From an uncultured Methanoregulaceae archaeon (lineage in GTDB: Archaea > Halobacteriota > Methanomicrobia > Methanomicrobiales > Methanospirillaceae): 64,000 nucleotides of DNA. The notes under the pieces were generated by a model that did not search any database, had not been told where the DNA came from, and saw only the letters and a program-made list of their open reading frames with translations. A program made the position numbers and the translations under genes. Position 1 is the stretch's first letter. The number at the start of each line of letters is the position of its first letter. Location: the NCBI GenBank assembly GCA_963841015.1, contig CAWJAX010000003.1, forward strand, positions 384,001 through 448,000, written 5' to 3'. Of this stretch, positions 1 through 10,724 are shown piece by piece.

Positions 1-31
1 CTGCTTCATCATTCTTTCTTGTGTATACCAT
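1..31 (-). CDS. 5' end of a probable archaeal type IV pilin (runs off the left edge)
   Basis: Minus strand from 31 reads ATG GTA TAC ACA AGA AAG AAT GAT GAA GCA G = MVYTRKNDEA, typical of a class III prepilin signal peptide; GGTG SD-like motif and TTTATATA box upstream; only 10 codons visible. Confidence 0.5.
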   Translation of the reverse strand, partial: MVYTRKNDEA

Positions 32-460
32 AATTTTGAACACCCTTTTCACAATGCCCACGTTGGACATGACAATGTATACTATTTCTATGAATGTTAT
101 TAGTATATAAAGATTTCTTTTGAATTCAGATTCATTTTGGGTTTCATACAATAAAATACAACAAATTTTTATCGGGATACTCATAAAAATCGGGGTAAAT
201 ACTTAATAATAAGCATAACTACAGGAACGTCGCCTGTTATGACCATAGTACCACCATTTAAGTCTCTACCGAAGCACTAGAGGAATTTAAAAAGTAAATT
301 GAGACCCGGTATCTGCGAACATTAATAAAAGATCACTCTCGATGAGCGATTATCATTGTCATGAATATAATATTTCGCTCAGGATCAGGAGATATCAGGT
401 TACCGGCGTTTTGGGTCTCGGAACATGAGGGATGCGAGAGGTCAAGGGATTTTTTGCTCT

Positions 461-1568
461 TTACGGGATTTCCCGGGTCGGGTCCAGTAGTATTTCATGC
501 GGCAGCCCGGCGAGGGCAACCGCCCCAAGAGCACCGATGATGCCGTTACCCCCGTGCAGCGTAATACCGAACCGCTCCGCTGTCGCTTCCGCAACCGCCC
601 GGGTGATTACCTGATCCCGGACGAGTCTCCCGTACTCTCTCAACCCACCAGGGATCTGGAGCCCGGACCGGATCGCTATCCCCCATTCATGGGAAAGCGA
701 TTCATCTGCCACAAAGCGCAGTACCTTTTCTTCAAGATCCGCGTAACTTTCAGGAGAAACTGCCACTTCAATAAAACTCGCCGAGTTGCCGGCCGTTTTT
801 GCAAAAACATCCTGGTTGAGCATTGCAACATGGTGGCTGATGGGGAGAACACCTTTGATCCGTGTCACATGGGAAAGAAGGGCCAGCGCAAGGGCAAATG
901 TTGCACCGCCGGCTTTTGAATCGGTATCATCAATACCTATGGTCACATGCATCAGAGCCTGTGTCCGGACATTGCCTTCCACAATCGGCCCGGCATGCCG
1001 GGTCTTCACCTGGATAACCCCTTCCGCACGGGCCATCATATCCGACAACGAGTAGGCAGGGCCACCAATGCAGCGTATGTGCTGGATAACCGTATCTCCA
1101 TCCCGCTCAATCGCAGTGACCCCGACCGCGGGAAGCGGTGAGAGTCCTACCGGAACCTCATGCGACCCGATCCGGGCACATTCCCTCAGCAGGGTCCCGT
1201 CACGCTCCACGCTGATAAGAACACCTCCTGCCAGTGCATGGTGGTACCCGCAGAATGCTGCACAGGCCCCGCTCAGGCAGTCATGATAAATCTCGACGTT
1301 ATCACCATCAATCGTTGTGAAGATCCGGCGGCAGGCACTTGAAGGCATTGCACTGATCGCAACATAGCGTGCTGCACTTCGCCCGCGCTTCACCTCCCGT
1401 ACAAGAACACATCCCTCGCCAAGCAAGCCGGTTCACCCAGTCCTGTGCAGTGCTGCGGGGAATATTGGTAGAGTGCTGGATATCGGTGACGGTAAAAAAA
1501 CCGTTATCGAGAGTGAACTGCCGCATCAGGCGCAGATATTCGCGTCTGCGCTCAAGCACGCCGGACAT
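461..1568 (-). CDS. wHTH-fused methanogenesis marker 11 / TiaS-like (DUF1743-type) protein; one-base frameshift near 1425
   Basis: ORF 1308..1607 supplies an HTH N-terminus (FTVTDIQHSTNIPRSTAQDWVNRL) that continues into ORF 461..1426 after removing one base; C-half has IGIDDTD...GAT...KTAGNSAS and GIIGALGAV motifs. Confidence 0.65.
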
Positions 1569-2541
1569 AGCAGTCTTTGATGAACAGCAGGTCGCCGATG
1601 ATGGCACTTGCCGTCTCGATTGATCCTGCTCCCCTGCCGATCAGGGTAATCTCCTTAGCCATATCTGTTTCCAGGGTAAGGGCGTTTAAGGTACCCTCAA
1701 CAACAAGCGGGTGGTTCTTTTCAATGATACGGGGCGACACCCGGAGGATGTGTTTGCGGGGAATCGCTTCAGCAATCAGACGGATGGTGCTTCCTTCGTC
1801 ATCAGCAAGCCGTAATGCGTCGGGGGTCAGCAGATCAATACCCGTACGCTCGATATCGCTTAACCGTGTACCATTGCCCCAGATAGTATTGACAAGAATC
1901 ACGAGCTTGATGGCTGCATCTATTCCCTGAACATCATAGGTTGGATCCGCTTCTGCATACCCCATTTCCCGGGCTTCCATCAATGCCTGCTCATAAGTAA
2001 GCCCCTCAGCAGCCATACGGGTGAGAATATAATTGCAGGTGCCATTGAGGACACCATACAGGGCAAGGATCTCATTACCAGCCAGCCCGTGTTCCAGCAT
2101 GTGCATGATGGGAATTGCACCCGCAACGGTAGCTTCATACCGCAGGGCTACACCTTTCTTTGCTGCAAGCGCGCGGAGTTCTTTGTAGGCAAGGGCAATC
2201 GGCCCCTTATTTGAGGTTACAACATGTTTCTTCCGCAGAAGTGCTGTTTTGATATATCCTATTGCAGGTTCTCCGGTAAGAGCGTTGGTGGGAGTCACTT
2301 CAATAAGTGCATCGTAATCTGCCTTTTTGATCACGTCAGGAGCAGAAATCTTCTTATCGCCACAGTATCCTTTTTTGGTTTTACTCTCCAGCAGGCTTGC
2401 GATGTCAATCCCGTCAGGATCCAAAAAACCGCTTTTAGAATCGGCAATCCCCGTTATGGAAATCCCGAGATCCTTTTTGGCAATCATGCCGGCGACTCCC
2501 CTGCCGACCGAACCAAGGCCAATCAATGCAACCTTCATCAT
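1552..2541 (-). CDS. hom: homoserine dehydrogenase
   Basis: GLGSVG Rossmann motif, VVTSNKGP, YEATVAGAIP, GVLNGTCNYIL, GYAEADPTYDVQGIDAAIK, GRGAG. Confidence 0.95.
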   Translation of the reverse strand: MMKVALIGLGSVGRGVAGMIAKKDLGISITGIADSKSGFLDPDGIDIASLLESKTKKGYCGDKKISAPDVIKKADYDALIEVTPTNALTGEPAIGYIKTALLRKKHVVTSNKGPIALAYKELRALAAKKGVALRYEATVAGAIPIMHMLEHGLAGNEILALYGVLNGTCNYILTRMAAEGLTYEQALMEAREMGYAEADPTYDVQGIDAAIKLVILVNTIWGNGTRLSDIERTGIDLLTPDALRLADDEGSTIRLIAEAIPRKHILRVSPRIIEKNHPLVVEGTLNALTLETDMAKEITLIGRGAGSIETASAIIGDLLFIKDCYVRRA

Positions 2542-3041
2542 GCAATCTCCTCGAGGGGTTCAATAAGGAGCAGGGACTTCTGGTGTGAAACGCGGCGGAG
2601 AATTGCAAGAGCTGCCTCCATATCACCTTTGCTCACCGCTTTTATGGTTATCCGTGAGCTGGATCGCTCGTTCACAGCGGGCATCCTCATTGAAAGTTCG
2701 CAGACTTCAGCAAAACCGGTAGAATCGATCTGGTCAACCGTGTCAGAAAGATCGGTGTGCATAAGATGCCCGATCATAATCACCGTCCGTTTGTAAAGAA
2801 GGCGTTCCTCATCAATCCGCTGAATTCGCACACCCTGTTCTTTGAGAAGCGCAACAAGATTTTCCCGGCGCCCTTCCGGCAACTCGAGCACAATCTGCAC
2901 ATTCAGGGTATCATCATCAAGATCGGGTTCACGCTGGTGAATTACCGCAATGATATTTCCCCCGACATCGGATATGGGTTTGAGAGCAGCAACCAGCTGA
3001 CCGGGAGAATCCTTCATCTCAAGTTTCATGGAAACCTGCAC
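2538..3041 (-). CDS. ACT-domain amino acid-binding protein (probable allosteric partner of homoserine dehydrogenase)
   Basis: MKDSPGQLVAALKPISDVGGNIIAVIH ACT motif; overlaps hom start; start chosen at the GTG after a GGTGG SD. Confidence 0.85.
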   Translation of the reverse strand: MQVSMKLEMKDSPGQLVAALKPISDVGGNIIAVIHQREPDLDDDTLNVQIVLELPEGRRENLVALLKEQGVRIQRIDEERLLYKRTVIMIGHLMHTDLSDTVDQIDSTGFAEVCELSMRMPAVNERSSSRITIKAVSKGDMEAALAILRRVSHQKSLLLIEPLEEIA

Positions 3042-3173
3042 GAGACCACCTGTCAAGTAGTAGAACGGCTTTCAAGATAAGTCTTCTATTTTGAAAATCC
3101 TGACAGAGTGTTTTAAAAAAACATCTATCGTTCATTACCAGCGTAATTAACAAAAAATTCGATTCGTAACAAT

Positions 3174-3986
3174 TCAGAGTTTTCGGAGTTTATTATCCAC
3201 CTTTTCAAAGAAATTACGTTTGACGTCTACGAAAAGTGCCGGCTGTACAGATCTTTTGACGGCGATCGTCATTGAAATTCCCAGATCAATCGTCTTCTGG
3301 CCATCAATAACGAGGTGTGCGGGTTTTGAACTCTCCAGTTTGACTTCCAGGTTACGATCACTGCTTATGAGGTGAGGGCGGGAGGATAACAGGTAGGGAG
3401 CAAGCGGAACAAGTAAAAATCCCTGTATTCTCGGGTCAACAATGGGTCCTCCTGCACTCATTGCATATGCAGTGGAGCCGGTTGGCGTGCTGATTAAAAG
3501 ACCATCAGCACGGAACTGCTCAGTAGTAACCCCATCAACAATGATCGAGAACTTCAGCATTTTTGCCGGACGGGAAGTCACGATTAATGCTTCATTCAGG
3601 GCTGTTCCAAGACAGGCGCTGTCATTGGAAAGCGTGATTCTCATCCGTTCCTCAACAGAAAATCCGGATGAGAGTGTATGCACAAATTCCAGCGCTTCAT
3701 CGGGTTCAAGATCAGCAAGAAAACCCACCTCTCCCCAGTTGATGCCAAGAACCGGAACCGGGCGGTCCATCTGCTGGATCGTGCGGAGAATGGTTCCATC
3801 ACCGCCAATAATTATTACGGCATCTGTATGCGAATATTCGCACGAACCTCCAGGAATACCGAGAGACCGTGCAGTATCGGGGTCGAATGCAACTTCCAAC
3901 CCTTCTTTTTCAAGAACAGTTCTCAGTTTTTCAGCAAATACGAGTGCATCCCGGTTGTCAATCCGTGAAACGAGCAGAATTCTCAT
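3174..3986 (-). CDS. nadK: NAD(+)/NADH kinase
   Basis: [43 protein letters not shown] motifs. Confidence 0.95.
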   Translation of the reverse strand: MRILLVSRIDNRDALVFAEKLRTVLEKEGLEVAFDPDTARSLGIPGGSCEYSHTDAVIIIGGDGTILRTIQQMDRPVPVLGINWGEVGFLADLEPDEALEFVHTLSSGFSVEERMRITLSNDSACLGTALNEALIVTSRPAKMLKFSIIVDGVTTEQFRADGLLISTPTGSTAYAMSAGGPIVDPRIQGFLLVPLAPYLLSSRPHLISSDRNLEVKLESSKPAHLVIDGQKTIDLGISMTIAVKRSVQPALFVDVKRNFFEKVDNKLRKL

Positions 3987-3991
3987 GGTAA

Positions 3992-4768
3992 TCACCGCAG
4001 GTACTCGATCACTTTATGGTGCAGTATCCCGTTCGTAGCCACAAGACACCGCCCGATCGTTACTTCATTGGGAAAACGTATCGATTTGCCATCGAGGTCC
4101 GTAACTTTCCCACCCGCTTCGGTACAGATAAGCATCCCGGCGGCAGCATCAGTGACCCTGAGCGTCCCCCGGAGATCGACAAATCCATCAATCCTGCCGC
4201 ACCCGACATAACAGAGTTCAAGCGCTGATGCCCCCAGGAGACGCCATCGTCGTATCTTCTGCCCAAGCTGCATCATCCCCGAGGGATCGAATTTTCTCCC
4301 GTACACACTCATGGCACATGCATCCAGCTGGGAAACATCTGATACCTTTATGGGTTTATTATCACATTTCGCGAATTTCCCTTTTATTGCCGTGAACGTT
4401 TCGCCACTCGCAAGGTTACGGACAAACGCCTGCTGGGTAACTCCCTTCTCAGCGTATGCAATGGAAAGAGCATAGAAGGGAATACCGGCAACAGCATTGA
4501 ACGTTCCATCAACAGGATCGAGAAAGATGGTCCCGCCATCTCCTTTGAACTCCATCTTTCCGGCTTCTTCACTGACCAGGAGAGAGCAGAGCGGGTGCTC
4601 CTGTAAATACGTGACGACACAATCCTCTGCGACCTGATCGATCTTTTTTGTCGGGGTAAGATCGGCACCCATCTTTACGGTCTTACCACCGTTGGGAGTG
4701 CCGGTAAGATCTCGAATGCTTTCCTGTACAAGCTCCGCCATCTTCTCACAGGCAGAAAGAAACTCCAT
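3992..4768 (-). CDS. suhB: inositol monophosphatase family protein (IMPase/FBPase, possibly NADP phosphatase)
   Basis: [30 protein letters not shown] motifs. Confidence 0.9.
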   Translation of the reverse strand: MEFLSACEKMAELVQESIRDLTGTPNGGKTVKMGADLTPTKKIDQVAEDCVVTYLQEHPLCSLLVSEEAGKMEFKGDGGTIFLDPVDGTFNAVAGIPFYALSIAYAEKGVTQQAFVRNLASGETFTAIKGKFAKCDNKPIKVSDVSQLDACAMSVYGRKFDPSGMMQLGQKIRRWRLLGASALELCYVGCGRIDGFVDLRGTLRVTDAAAGMLICTEAGGKVTDLDGKSIRFPNEVTIGRCLVATNGILHHKVIEYLR

Positions 4769-4871
4769 ATGCTTTGGGACAACTCCTTTATTACACGCTG
4801 TATTTATGTAATGCGATGAAGATAAATTACTACCGCGTTTGCGATATGTGGTTATTCAAGGTGTACATGAA

Positions 4872-5249
4872 ATGAAAGAGCAGACAGAAATAGGAAAAAT
4901 CAAGGAAGGACGCTATGTTGTTATCGAAGACGAACCCTGCAGGGTACTCGGCATTGCCACATCAAAGCCCGGAAAACACGGTGCAGCAAAGGCCCGGATC
5001 GATGCAGTCGGTATCTTTGACGGGGTCAAGCGATCTATTGTTCAACCAGTATCGGCAAAAGCATATATCCCGGTTGTCGAACGCAAGAGCGGCCAGGTAA
5101 TCTCCATTGCCGGCAATACCGCACAACTGATGGATATGAAGGATTTTACCAATTTTGAAATTCCCATTCCTGAAGACAGGAAAAGTGTTGTTGAAGTTGG
5201 CAAAGAGATCGTCTATATTGAATCCATGGGGAAGAGAAAGATCGATTAA
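4872..5249 (+). CDS. eif5A: translation factor aIF5A
   Basis: SKPGKHGAAK hypusination motif. Confidence 0.97.
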   Translation: MKEQTEIGKIKEGRYVVIEDEPCRVLGIATSKPGKHGAAKARIDAVGIFDGVKRSIVQPVSAKAYIPVVERKSGQVISIAGNTAQLMDMKDFTNFEIPIPEDRKSVVEVGKEIVYIESMGKRKID

Positions 5250-5387
5250 AATCAGTGCTGTTTTTTCACAACAATATTCTTAATTATTTTCTTTAGGAGG
5301 AAAAAATCTATTTTGAGATTTTTTAATGATAAATTCCTCACTACTCAGGAGTAACCTGATCAGTTTTTACGGAGAAGAGAGAGAGAA

Positions 5388-6170
5388 TTAATATTTTCCA
5401 ATATATTCCGCCGGAACACGGATTTCAATAGTATAGGAACTGAGTGCCTGGGTGTTAATTACAAAATAGTAATTTCGCTGGCCTTCGTAGAATTTTTCTT
5501 TCCAGGGACGGGGATCTGAATCGGTCCATAACGTAGAATCAAGGCCCCCGGGAGGGGTGATGGTCCGGACAATCCGGTTGGGATCATCAGCATCCATCAC
5601 CTGAAGGTTAAACACCGGAGTGATAACGGAAAATGATCCCTGCACAAAGGAATGGGAAATTCCGCTTCCTTCCTCACCGAGAACAGTTGAAGTACCCAGT
5701 TTCTGATCCTTACCTCCCATCTTTCCCGCAGGTTCGACAGTATACCAGAGTTCCCAGTAAGGAAACGGGATATGCATAACCTGGGTGGTGCCACGGTATT
5801 GACCGGAAATTGTTGCATAGGTTATCCTGCTGGCGTTACGGCCGGCACTGTCAATCCGGGTGCCATTTGGAAGTGACTGGTTCAACGAAATCCCATAGGA
5901 GGCAGGATTAACAAATCCAACCTTCACGATATTTTTGTCCCAGGTTGGAACCGGTGTCGGGGGACGTGTTATTGCAGCAGTCGCCGGGATCACTACGACC
6001 GACACTCCACTCGTATCAGGAGTTGTCACCGGGTAGGTAGGATACGGAGTGGTCGCTTCTGGAAGACCAAGATTCAGCGGTTGTCCTGTCGCAAGCGGTT
6101 TAACGACCAGTGCTACAATCAGGATGATGACCATTGCACCCACTGCATACATGACAGCTTTTTTATCCAT
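5388..6170 (-). CDS. hypothetical membrane-anchored exported protein (paralog of 24565..25218)
   Basis: N-terminal TM, Pro/Thr linker, GTTQVMHIPFPYW motif. Confidence 0.75.
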   Translation of the reverse strand: MDKKAVMYAVGAMVIILIVALVVKPLATGQPLNLGLPEATTPYPTYPVTTPDTSGVSVVVIPATAAITRPPTPVPTWDKNIVKVGFVNPASYGISLNQSLPNGTRIDSAGRNASRITYATISGQYRGTTQVMHIPFPYWELWYTVEPAGKMGGKDQKLGTSTVLGEEGSGISHSFVQGSFSVITPVFNLQVMDADDPNRIVRTITPPGGLDSTLWTDSDPRPWKEKFYEGQRNYYFVINTQALSSYTIEIRVPAEYIGKY

Positions 6171-6380
6171 GCGGGAACAGTAAAAAATAGTTTGGTTTCC
6201 TTGCATAAATACTCGCATATTGGGCGAAAATGAGGTTGCAGAGGATATTTTGGAAAATGTACTCTCTCACATTCACAATTATTAGCGCAGAATAAAAGTT
6301 GGGCGATTCTTTGTTCATGATTATTTGAAATTGCACTGAAAAAACGCCAAAATCCAGAAAAAAAGACAGCCTACAAGAAA

Positions 6381-6392
6381 AATCTATATATA
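6381..6392 (+). promoter_or_regulatory. putative TATA box of arlB
   Basis: TATATATA preceded by a purine-rich BRE-like run ~70 nt before the ATG; AAGGTGA SD at 6451. Confidence 0.4.
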
Positions 6393-6461
6393 CTATGACA
6401 TCATTTTATGAATTAGGGACGTTGGTATATCCAGGGTCCACTTTCCAACTAAGGTGAATTT

Positions 6462-7028
6462 ATGAGTTCTGTGAAACGTAATGATGAAGGGTTCACTGGC
6501 CTTGAGGCAGCGATTGTGCTTATCGCATTCGTTGTCGTTGCGGCAGTGTTCTCATATGTCGTACTCGGCGCCGGGTTCTTTACAACCCAGAAAGCCCAGG
6601 AGACTGTGTACAAAGGTGTTGAACAATCAACTGCAAACATCCAGATGATAGGTAACCTCTACGGCTTATCAAACAACACGGCTGGTAAAATTGATGAGGT
6701 CAAATTCTCTATCGGTCTTGCCCCGGGTGCACCACCCATTGATTTAACGGGTATGAAGATTGTCTTCTCCACACCAACCACTGGCCCAATCATCCTTACC
6801 CAGGGTCCAGTTGCCAGTACGACCGTATTTACCACACAATTAAATGGTAATCCGGCATTCAATAACCTATCAATGAGTGGAAACGACCAGATACAGGTCC
6901 ATTTCATAGTAGCTGGTGTTGATCCTAATACCAAAATGAACCTTGAGTTAAGACCGTCTGTCGGAGCGGCATTACCATTCTCAAAGACTGCACCTGCAAC
7001 AATTGCAAATACGAATATTCTCTATTAA
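6462..7028 (+). CDS. flaB: archaellin
   Basis: Class III signal KRNDEG|FTGLEAAIVLIAFVVVAAVFSYVVLGAG; T-tract after the stop. Confidence 0.95.
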   Translation: MSSVKRNDEGFTGLEAAIVLIAFVVVAAVFSYVVLGAGFFTTQKAQETVYKGVEQSTANIQMIGNLYGLSNNTAGKIDEVKFSIGLAPGAPPIDLTGMKIVFSTPTTGPIILTQGPVASTTVFTTQLNGNPAFNNLSMSGNDQIQVHFIVAGVDPNTKMNLELRPSVGAALPFSKTAPATIANTNILY

Positions 7029-7088
7029 TCTCTCCTTTTTTTAAACTCATAGTTAAATCTGCAGGTCATCCTCCTGCCGCAGCGGATG

Positions 7089-8126
7089 TTATTCTAACCC
7101 TGGAGGAGATAATTTGGATGAAGCATCGAAATTACCGGAAGGAGAGGTTTTAAGATAGATCGTCTCTATTTTCCTGATCTTTGCGATTTCCGCAATTACC
7201 AGGTACATGTGAATAATCGCCAGTTCCACATCATCTTTGGACACACGCTCGTGCAATACTCGTGTTTTTTCATGGGGGTGTTGAGCCTTTGCAAAGATAT
7301 ATGCCATTTCTGATTCGATCATCGATACTCCCGGATCATTTCCTGAATTCTGTTCAATATAGGAAAAAATCCGGTTGAGGTATTGATCCGGCGCAATACT
7401 CCGTTCATGCCCTTTCTTGTCCCGGTAGATTTTTTCCAAGGGGGGAACAAGGGTATCAGCAACAATGACCAGTATCTTCTGGACTGCACCAAGAGCCTGT
7501 GCATAGGACTCGGGATCAAAATACCGCATCCGCTCATTTATTTCAAGGAGCTGTTCGCCGGCCCGGGGACAGTTCTCCCGGATAAACCTGTCAGCAGCCA
7601 GTCGTGTATCTTCAAAGATATCCTCGGCAAAATCCCCGACCGAGAGGGATATGTTTACCTCGGTAATATAATTGTGGATAGCGGTTTTAAGACGTTCAAA
7701 ATCATTGACCAGTTCATGGTGTTTATTCAGGATCTGTATTTTCTGGCTTTCGTTTGCCCCTATTTTTGTCACAGATTCGATTTTAGTTGAATTGATATAG
7801 GATTCAAGGTGGGGAAGACCGATGGAGTGAGGCCGTCGCGTCTTTTCGTCCCGGATCACCGGTCTGTCACTGGTATAATATTTTTTGCAGGATCCCAGTT
7901 CACCTGGATCGAATACAACGGGATAGCCCATAATCTCATAATCCAGCCATTTCTGGGCATCAGAATCATGCAACATGCGGGCCAGTCGTTTGGCTTTCAT
8001 TAAAATCTGCGATATGGGCAACTGGTTGATTTCCAAATCTCCAAGAATGATATTGGATAATTCTTTTGCCATTCTCAGGTTCGAATTCTGATAATCGTCC
8101 ATAACCATTTTTGGTTCTTCTCCCAT
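7089..8126 (-). CDS. AbiTii-domain protein with HEPN-like C-terminus (putative defence gene)
   Basis: N-terminal ISQILMKAKRLARML...KWLDYEIMGY resembles the AbiTii signature; C-terminal ADTLVPP...YLNRI...LH...YLVIAEI resembles the HEPN-like half of that family. Confidence 0.7.
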   Translation of the reverse strand: MGEEPKMVMDDYQNSNLRMAKELSNIILGDLEINQLPISQILMKAKRLARMLHDSDAQKWLDYEIMGYPVVFDPGELGSCKKYYTSDRPVIRDEKTRRPHSIGLPHLESYINSTKIESVTKIGANESQKIQILNKHHELVNDFERLKTAIHNYITEVNISLSVGDFAEDIFEDTRLAADRFIRENCPRAGEQLLEINERMRYFDPESYAQALGAVQKILVIVADTLVPPLEKIYRDKKGHERSIAPDQYLNRIFSYIEQNSGNDPGVSMIESEMAYIFAKAQHPHEKTRVLHERVSKDDVELAIIHMYLVIAEIAKIRKIETIYLKTSPSGNFDASSKLSPPGLE

Positions 8127-8783
8127 GTTAGAAATCTTAATTGCTATAAATACGTTCTCATCATCAGGGACTATAACACTATGGTTGCATCATCCACAGG
8201 TTGGCAGGTCAGTCATGGTTTGTCCACCTGAAAAAGCGAAGGCCGGATACCCGGTTTTACATTCGGTTTTACTTGAAGGGATAATATCAGGAAACATGAA
8301 CTCAAATACCCACAGCAAAAAGGAAGCGGAAAACGCTCCCAGGTTTGCCGGTTAATCCATTGAGAAAGGAGGTTGGTATTGATTCATAGTGTCGACAGGA
8401 TACAGGATTATATTCCTCATGGGGGGAACCATTCGATTATTCTTTCATTCATTTACCATGAAAACGGTAATTTGTGCTTGTACGGTAACCAAAACTTTTT
8501 TTATTCCATAAAAAACCCCAGTGTTATTCTATGATGATGAAATCAGAGAAAATGTTTAATCATCCCCTGCACATATACAATTGACCCGGATGATTCGGTT
8601 TTTCTTTTTGTTACTGCCGTGTAGGGGGAATACCTGAAGAATGAAAAAACAGAGAGTTTGTCTCACAATCAGCCTTTATTCGGAGTTAAATTTTTTTGTT
8701 TTTCTGCTTTAACCAGTAATTATTGCTATTTACGTAACACAATGTTTAATAATCATGAATGAAATATAACAAATAGATACATC

Positions 8784-9707
8784 ATGGCGGTAAACCAGTC
8801 TCAGGTTGATCACATTATTACTGCTGCATCAGAAGATGATCCGGAGGTCAAGCTCCAGAACCTCGAGCGGGAGGTGGATCTTATCAAAACCTCCATTAAA
8901 CGCCTTTTAATGGACATCAGGGAACGGATGAATGAGCTGGAGAATCCATTTACCCTTGCGGCTACCGGCACTGCCGGTGCTCCGGCAATACATTCAGCAG
9001 CTGCAACTGAGGCAGAAGAAGCACAAAAATCTGCACTTGAAGCACGGGAAGCAGCACTTGAAGCACGCGAATCCCGGCTGGAAGCAGCAAAAGTAAAATT
9101 GGAAACCGACAATAAAAAAGAGCTGGTGCAGGGTAAATCTGAACCGGTAAGTCCGCCTTTTGAAGACAGCAGAAAAATGCTGGATGAACAGATGCTCGCA
9201 ATCCTGAGATCCCAGGCAGGAACACCCCAGAAAGCTGTTTTTACCGCTCCGGCCCCCCCCGCTCCGACAAACGAGAAACTCCGGCTCCAGAAGGTTTACA
9301 AACTTTTCAAGTGGACGCACCAGGCCGTCAAAAAGGTCGGCCATGACCGGCTGGAGATCACGTTGGAATCCTACCGGGCAATGGGATACATAACCAAAGA
9401 ATCCTGCGACGAGATCCGGGAGATCTCACGCCTCATGCCGGCAAACCTTGGAGAAGAGCATGAAGTTGGTCCTGATGAATTTGTCTCCGAACTCTATACG
9501 CTCAACAGGATTCTTTCCCCGGACGACACTTCACTTGACCGCGATATGATAGAAGTGATGATGGAACAGCGTCAGAATATGGCCACCGGCAAGGCCGGAA
9601 AAGTTGAAGAAAGAATTGATCTTCCCCGGGTCTCCCTGCTCGAGAAAAAATCTTCGATGCATAAAGAAAAAGATGAAGAATGGATGAATTTACCCGACAG
9701 GATCTAA
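8784..9707 (+). CDS. ArlC/D/E-like archaellum switch protein
   Basis: N-terminal coiled coil ending ELENPF (ArlC-like); FKW...KKVG...LESYRAMGYIT resembles the ArlD/E domain; first gene of the arl operon. Confidence 0.65.
   Translation: MAVNQSQVDHIITAASEDDPEVKLQNLEREVDLIKTSIKRLLMDIRERMNELENPFTLAATGTAGAPAIHSAAATEAEEAQKSALEAREAALEARESRLEAAKVKLETDNKKELVQGKSEPVSPPFEDSRKMLDEQMLAILRSQAGTPQKAVFTAPAPPAPTNEKLRLQKVYKLFKWTHQAVKKVGHDRLEITLESYRAMGYITKESCDEIREISRLMPANLGEEHEVGPDEFVSELYTLNRILSPDDTSLDRDMIEVMMEQRQNMATGKAGKVEERIDLPRVSLLEKKSSMHKEKDEEWMNLPDRI
9033..9074 (+). repeat. 21-bp tandem duplication (ALEAREA x2) in a coiled coil
   Basis: gcacttgaagcacgggaagca followed by gcacttgaagcacgcgaatcc. Confidence 0.7.
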
Positions 9708-9711
9708 CCAG

Positions 9712-10221
9712 ATGTCATCCGAGACTATTACTACTGCATTATTTCTGATCACCGCGGTGGTCGCATCGGCAGTACTTATTAATGCAGTATATCCGGTCAT
9801 CCAGAATATGGCAGGAACATTTTCTTCCTCTACCCATGAATCAGATGTGAGGATCCGAACGGATTTTAAGATTATTGCTACCTATGCAAGTGGGGAAACG
9901 GTTCAGGTATGGATGAAAAATATTGGAAGTGAACAGATATCTCTCTCAGAAATTCAACGTTCTGATGTGTTTTGTGGTCCGGTCGGCAATTTTGATCATC
10001 TTGCCTATCATGACGTTGAACCCGGCACTCTGGCGAAAGGTGAATGGACCGAAGAATTCGGAGCCGGTTATGATCTGAACTCGAATAGTTACTGGGATTC
10101 TGGTGAAACACTGAAAGTAACAGCGAGAATGAAAACGCCGATCCCATCGGGAAATAAAATCTATTTCCAGTTTGCACTCCCCAATGGTATCTGGCGATCA
10201 AACGAATTTACGGCGAGCTGA
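9712..10221 (+). CDS. flaG: archaellum stator protein ArlG
   Basis: N-terminal TM (ITTALFLITAVVASAVL), VWMKNIG, WDSGETL; operon position. Confidence 0.85.
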   Translation: MSSETITTALFLITAVVASAVLINAVYPVIQNMAGTFSSSTHESDVRIRTDFKIIATYASGETVQVWMKNIGSEQISLSEIQRSDVFCGPVGNFDHLAYHDVEPGTLAKGEWTEEFGAGYDLNSNSYWDSGETLKVTARMKTPIPSGNKIYFQFALPNGIWRSNEFTAS

Positions 10222-10227
10222 TGTTCT

Positions 10228-10704
10228 ATGGCCGTTGCTGGAATTATTGCTGCTGCGGTGGGAGTAATGCTCCTTATTGTTGTGGGGTATGTAGTGGTGG
10301 GTGCTACCATTACAACTGCTGAAACGGTCACCAATGCCCAAAAAGACGTTACTCTCCAGAATGAGATGCGTCTGGGGACGGCTATCCTCATTACCGATCC
10401 ACAGCAGTCCAGCTCAAATATTATCTCGAATATTACCAACTCCGGTACTGAAATCATCAGTGATTTCAGACATATGGATGTGATAGTGTATGACACAGGA
10501 TCCGATGAGTATCAGGTCTGTATCTATGATGCAAGCGGCAATCCTGGTACCTGGGGTATTACCAACCGTTACCAGGATTTCATCCATCCTTCTGAACTTG
10601 ACCCCGGGGAAAAATACCAGATACGGGTCGCCACGAGCGGATCTTCACCTTCCTGGTTCCAGATCACAACAAGTAACGGGGTTTATGCTTCAGCGTATGT
10701 TTAA
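10228..10704 (+). CDS. flaF: archaellum stator protein ArlF
   Basis: N-terminal TM, ITNSG, LDPGE, ITTSNG; lies between arlG and arlH. Confidence 0.8.
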   Translation: MAVAGIIAAAVGVMLLIVVGYVVVGATITTAETVTNAQKDVTLQNEMRLGTAILITDPQQSSSNIISNITNSGTEIISDFRHMDVIVYDTGSDEYQVCIYDASGNPGTWGITNRYQDFIHPSELDPGEKYQIRVATSGSSPSWFQITTSNGVYASAYV

Positions 10705-10724
10705 CATAAAATGGAGGTCCTGAA

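Noticed and set aside
8125-8355. 76-aa ORF in the gap before the arl operon
   Set aside because: No coding signal; probably regulatory DNA
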